Positions 26,861 to 28,629 of a DNA stretch of 28,629 bases are shown here, in pieces. The notes beneath the pieces were generated by a model. It had not been told where the DNA came from, searched no databases, and worked only from the letters and a program-made list of their open reading frames with translations. The stretch's first letter is position 1. Every line of letters begins with the position of its first letter. Origin of the DNA: Candidatus Subterrananammoxibius californiae (GTDB taxonomy: Bacteria > Planctomycetota > Brocadiia > Brocadiales > Subterrananammoxibiaceae); assembly GCA_030586555.1 (NCBI GenBank), contig JAURAC010000038.1:1-28629 (forward strand). Direction: 5' to 3'. The translations under genes and the position numbers were made by a program.

Positions 26861-27880
26861 CTACCACGCCCCTTCGCGGGATAATACAACCTTTATGGTT
26901 CGAAAGAGTATCTTTAAGTCGAGCCAGACGGATTGTTTCTCGATGTATTGATTGTCGTACTTTATTCTTTCTGTCATTGAATTTATACCACGGCATTTAA
27001 TCTGCTGCAAGCCCGTAATACCTGGTTTTGCCATAAGCCTTGTCTTAAATACAGCATTATAGCATTTAACAATCCTTACGTCTTCCGGCCTTGGACCAAC
27101 CCAGCTCATATCACCTTTGAAAACATTAAATATCTGCGGCAACTCATCAATACTTGTCTTTCGCAATATTCTTCCTAAAGGCGTAACCCTCTTATCTTTT
27201 CTAAACTTATAGACAGGTTCCTTTAATTTGTTTATGTCTATGTAATCTTGCAGGATTCTGTCCGCATCTGACACCATTGTGCGAAACTTATAGAGTTTAA
27301 AAGGCTTGCCATTAAGTCCGGCCCTCATCTGTGTAAAAATAACAGGACCCTTGCTCGTTAGTTTTATTAAAACAGATACAATTACCAGTACAGGAGAAAA
27401 CAGTATTAATGCAATAATTGATAGAACTATGTCTATACACCTTTTGCTCCATCTGCTGGAGGCGGAAAGGTTTTCCTTTAACAGGTCAACCACACAAAGG
27501 TTACAAATACTGCTTGTTCTTCTAACCCTTCCAATGGTTTTTTCGTACAAATGCCTTAGTATTTTGAATCCGTGCGGTTTCTCTGGACAGTTAAGTATGA
27601 CGTCCGTAATTATATCATATGTAAGGTGCGGCGAGGCAAAAATTACGCCTTTAGAGCCGTTACTATTAAGAATGGCAGAAAGTTGTTTAGAAAGACTTGA
27701 TTGTTGTTGTGGTGAATTTTTCCTGGGACATCCATTATCAGGTTCGTAAATGATAATGTTAGGGGATATGCTTCCATGTTTTTCATCCCGAAAGTTCGAG
27801 GACGAGGTCAACGGTCCGCCTAAGGTGGACACTGCTTCTTCTATTTCCTTTATACATCCTCTATCGGTAACGATAATCAT
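26861..27880 (-). CDS. Bacterial sugar transferase (priming phosphoglycosyltransferase)
   Basis: KRCIDI, YKFRTM, RKTSIDELPQIFNV, VGPRP and KPGITG motifs. Confidence 0.93.
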   Translation of the reverse strand: MIIVTDRGCIKEIEEAVSTLGGPLTSSSNFRDEKHGSISPNIIIYEPDNGCPRKNSPQQQSSLSKQLSAILNSNGSKGVIFASPHLTYDIITDVILNCPEKPHGFKILRHLYEKTIGRVRRTSSICNLCVVDLLKENLSASSRWSKRCIDIVLSIIALILFSPVLVIVSVLIKLTSKGPVIFTQMRAGLNGKPFKLYKFRTMVSDADRILQDYIDINKLKEPVYKFRKDKRVTPLGRILRKTSIDELPQIFNVFKGDMSWVGPRPEDVRIVKCYNAVFKTRLMAKPGITGLQQIKCRGINSMTERIKYDNQYIEKQSVWLDLKILFRTIKVVLSREGAW

Positions 27881-28110
27881 ATCTTCTGCTTATAACCCTC
27901 CTTTTTAAACGTGCCGAGCGTTAATCTCCCCACTTGACCGATAGGTGCGGGTAAAGGACAACCCCGTATTAAATATGGGGCAGTCTTTTAACTCCAACTG
28001 AATGGACAAAAAATCTTCTAAACTATATCACATATTGGTTTAAAAATCAAGATTTATTTTTCCCCTACCCCAAAATGGACATTGAGATTTACAATTTCAG
28101 ATACAAACGG

Positions 28111-28214
28111 GTAGCCACAGGTCAGACCTGCCCGACCAATGGCAGGCGGATTCGCTGTGGCGAATTTTAGCCACATTAATTGCGCCTGTCACAGGCTAAT
28201 AGGCGGGCAACTAC
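28111..28214. repeat. Composite GTAG...CTAC (REPIN-like) element with nested hairpins
   Basis: GTAGCCACAG...CTGTGGC...GCAACTAC with internal CCTGCC/GGCAGG and GCCTGT/ACAGGC stems. Confidence 0.55.
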
Positions 28215-28491
28215 TAACTCCATATGCACCCTACGGGTATTTGTAACGGCGAATAATCAAAAGGGTTAGCTGGTTTGTGTCGTTTCTAAGCTGTTAATAA
28301 ATAAGGTTTTCTTGGCAAAAAGCAAATTCCTGAACCCCTGATTTAATCAGGCGCAGGGACAGGTTTTGGGACTTATTCTTGTCCCTGTGCAGATAAGCAC
28401 GCCGAATTTTTATCTTGAAAAAGTGCTAATTTTCTTGACAATATACCCACTCTTTAGTGTAAAATTTATGTCATAGATTACAGGTCATAGG

Positions 28492-28629
28492 TTAAAGGAT
28501 TCTTATTATGGACTCATCATGTTCTATAATTGACAGTAAGGCTTCATTTTCAGCATCTACGGATATTCCACTGAATAAGGCAATAGGAATTACCTCGACA
28601 GTGCCTGTCGAAATAATCTTTGCTGCAGG
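28492..28629 (-). CDS. 3' end of a gene running off the window (hypothetical)
   Basis: Open frame of 45 codons, PAAKIISTGTVEVIPIALFSG...IIRIL*. Confidence 0.5.
   Translation of the reverse strand, partial: PAAKIISTGTVEVIPIALFSGISVDAENEALLSIIEHDESIIRIL

Noticed and set aside
27900..28010. c-di-GMP riboswitch or ops/JUMPstart upstream of the sugar transferase
   Set aside because: Hairpins are present, but neither the GEMM consensus nor GGCGGTAG was found.

Overview
A chromosomal window from a bacterium, most likely a Planctomycetota of Brocadiia type. This is an inference from the GroEL FDKGY signature, system II cytochrome c maturation genes, an FGE-sulfatase/TPR protein, an RRM protein and an AsmA-like protein. 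The backbone is housekeeping: groEL 3' part, purB, thiE, hisI, an OmpA/MotB lipoprotein, resB/ccsA, acylphosphatase, yggS, yggU, ileS, AsmA-like, REC-GGDEF, RRM, purC, cspA, FGE-sulfatase, wza and a sugar transferase. Four toxin-antitoxin-type pairs are interleaved (BrnT/BrnA-like, MNT/HEPN, AbrB/VapC, DUF4258/DUF2283). The most striking structure is that two of these pairs form ~600-650 bp integrase-less cassettes, each bracketed by a direct repeat of the end of an essential gene: the groEL 3' end and the ileS 5' end. A related 27-bp palindrome lies near each cassette. The window also carries several families of short REP-like palindromes, some inserted in-frame in coding sequences (most clearly purC), plus degenerate 7-8 bp tandem arrays and a 41-aa small membrane ORF missing from the ORF track.
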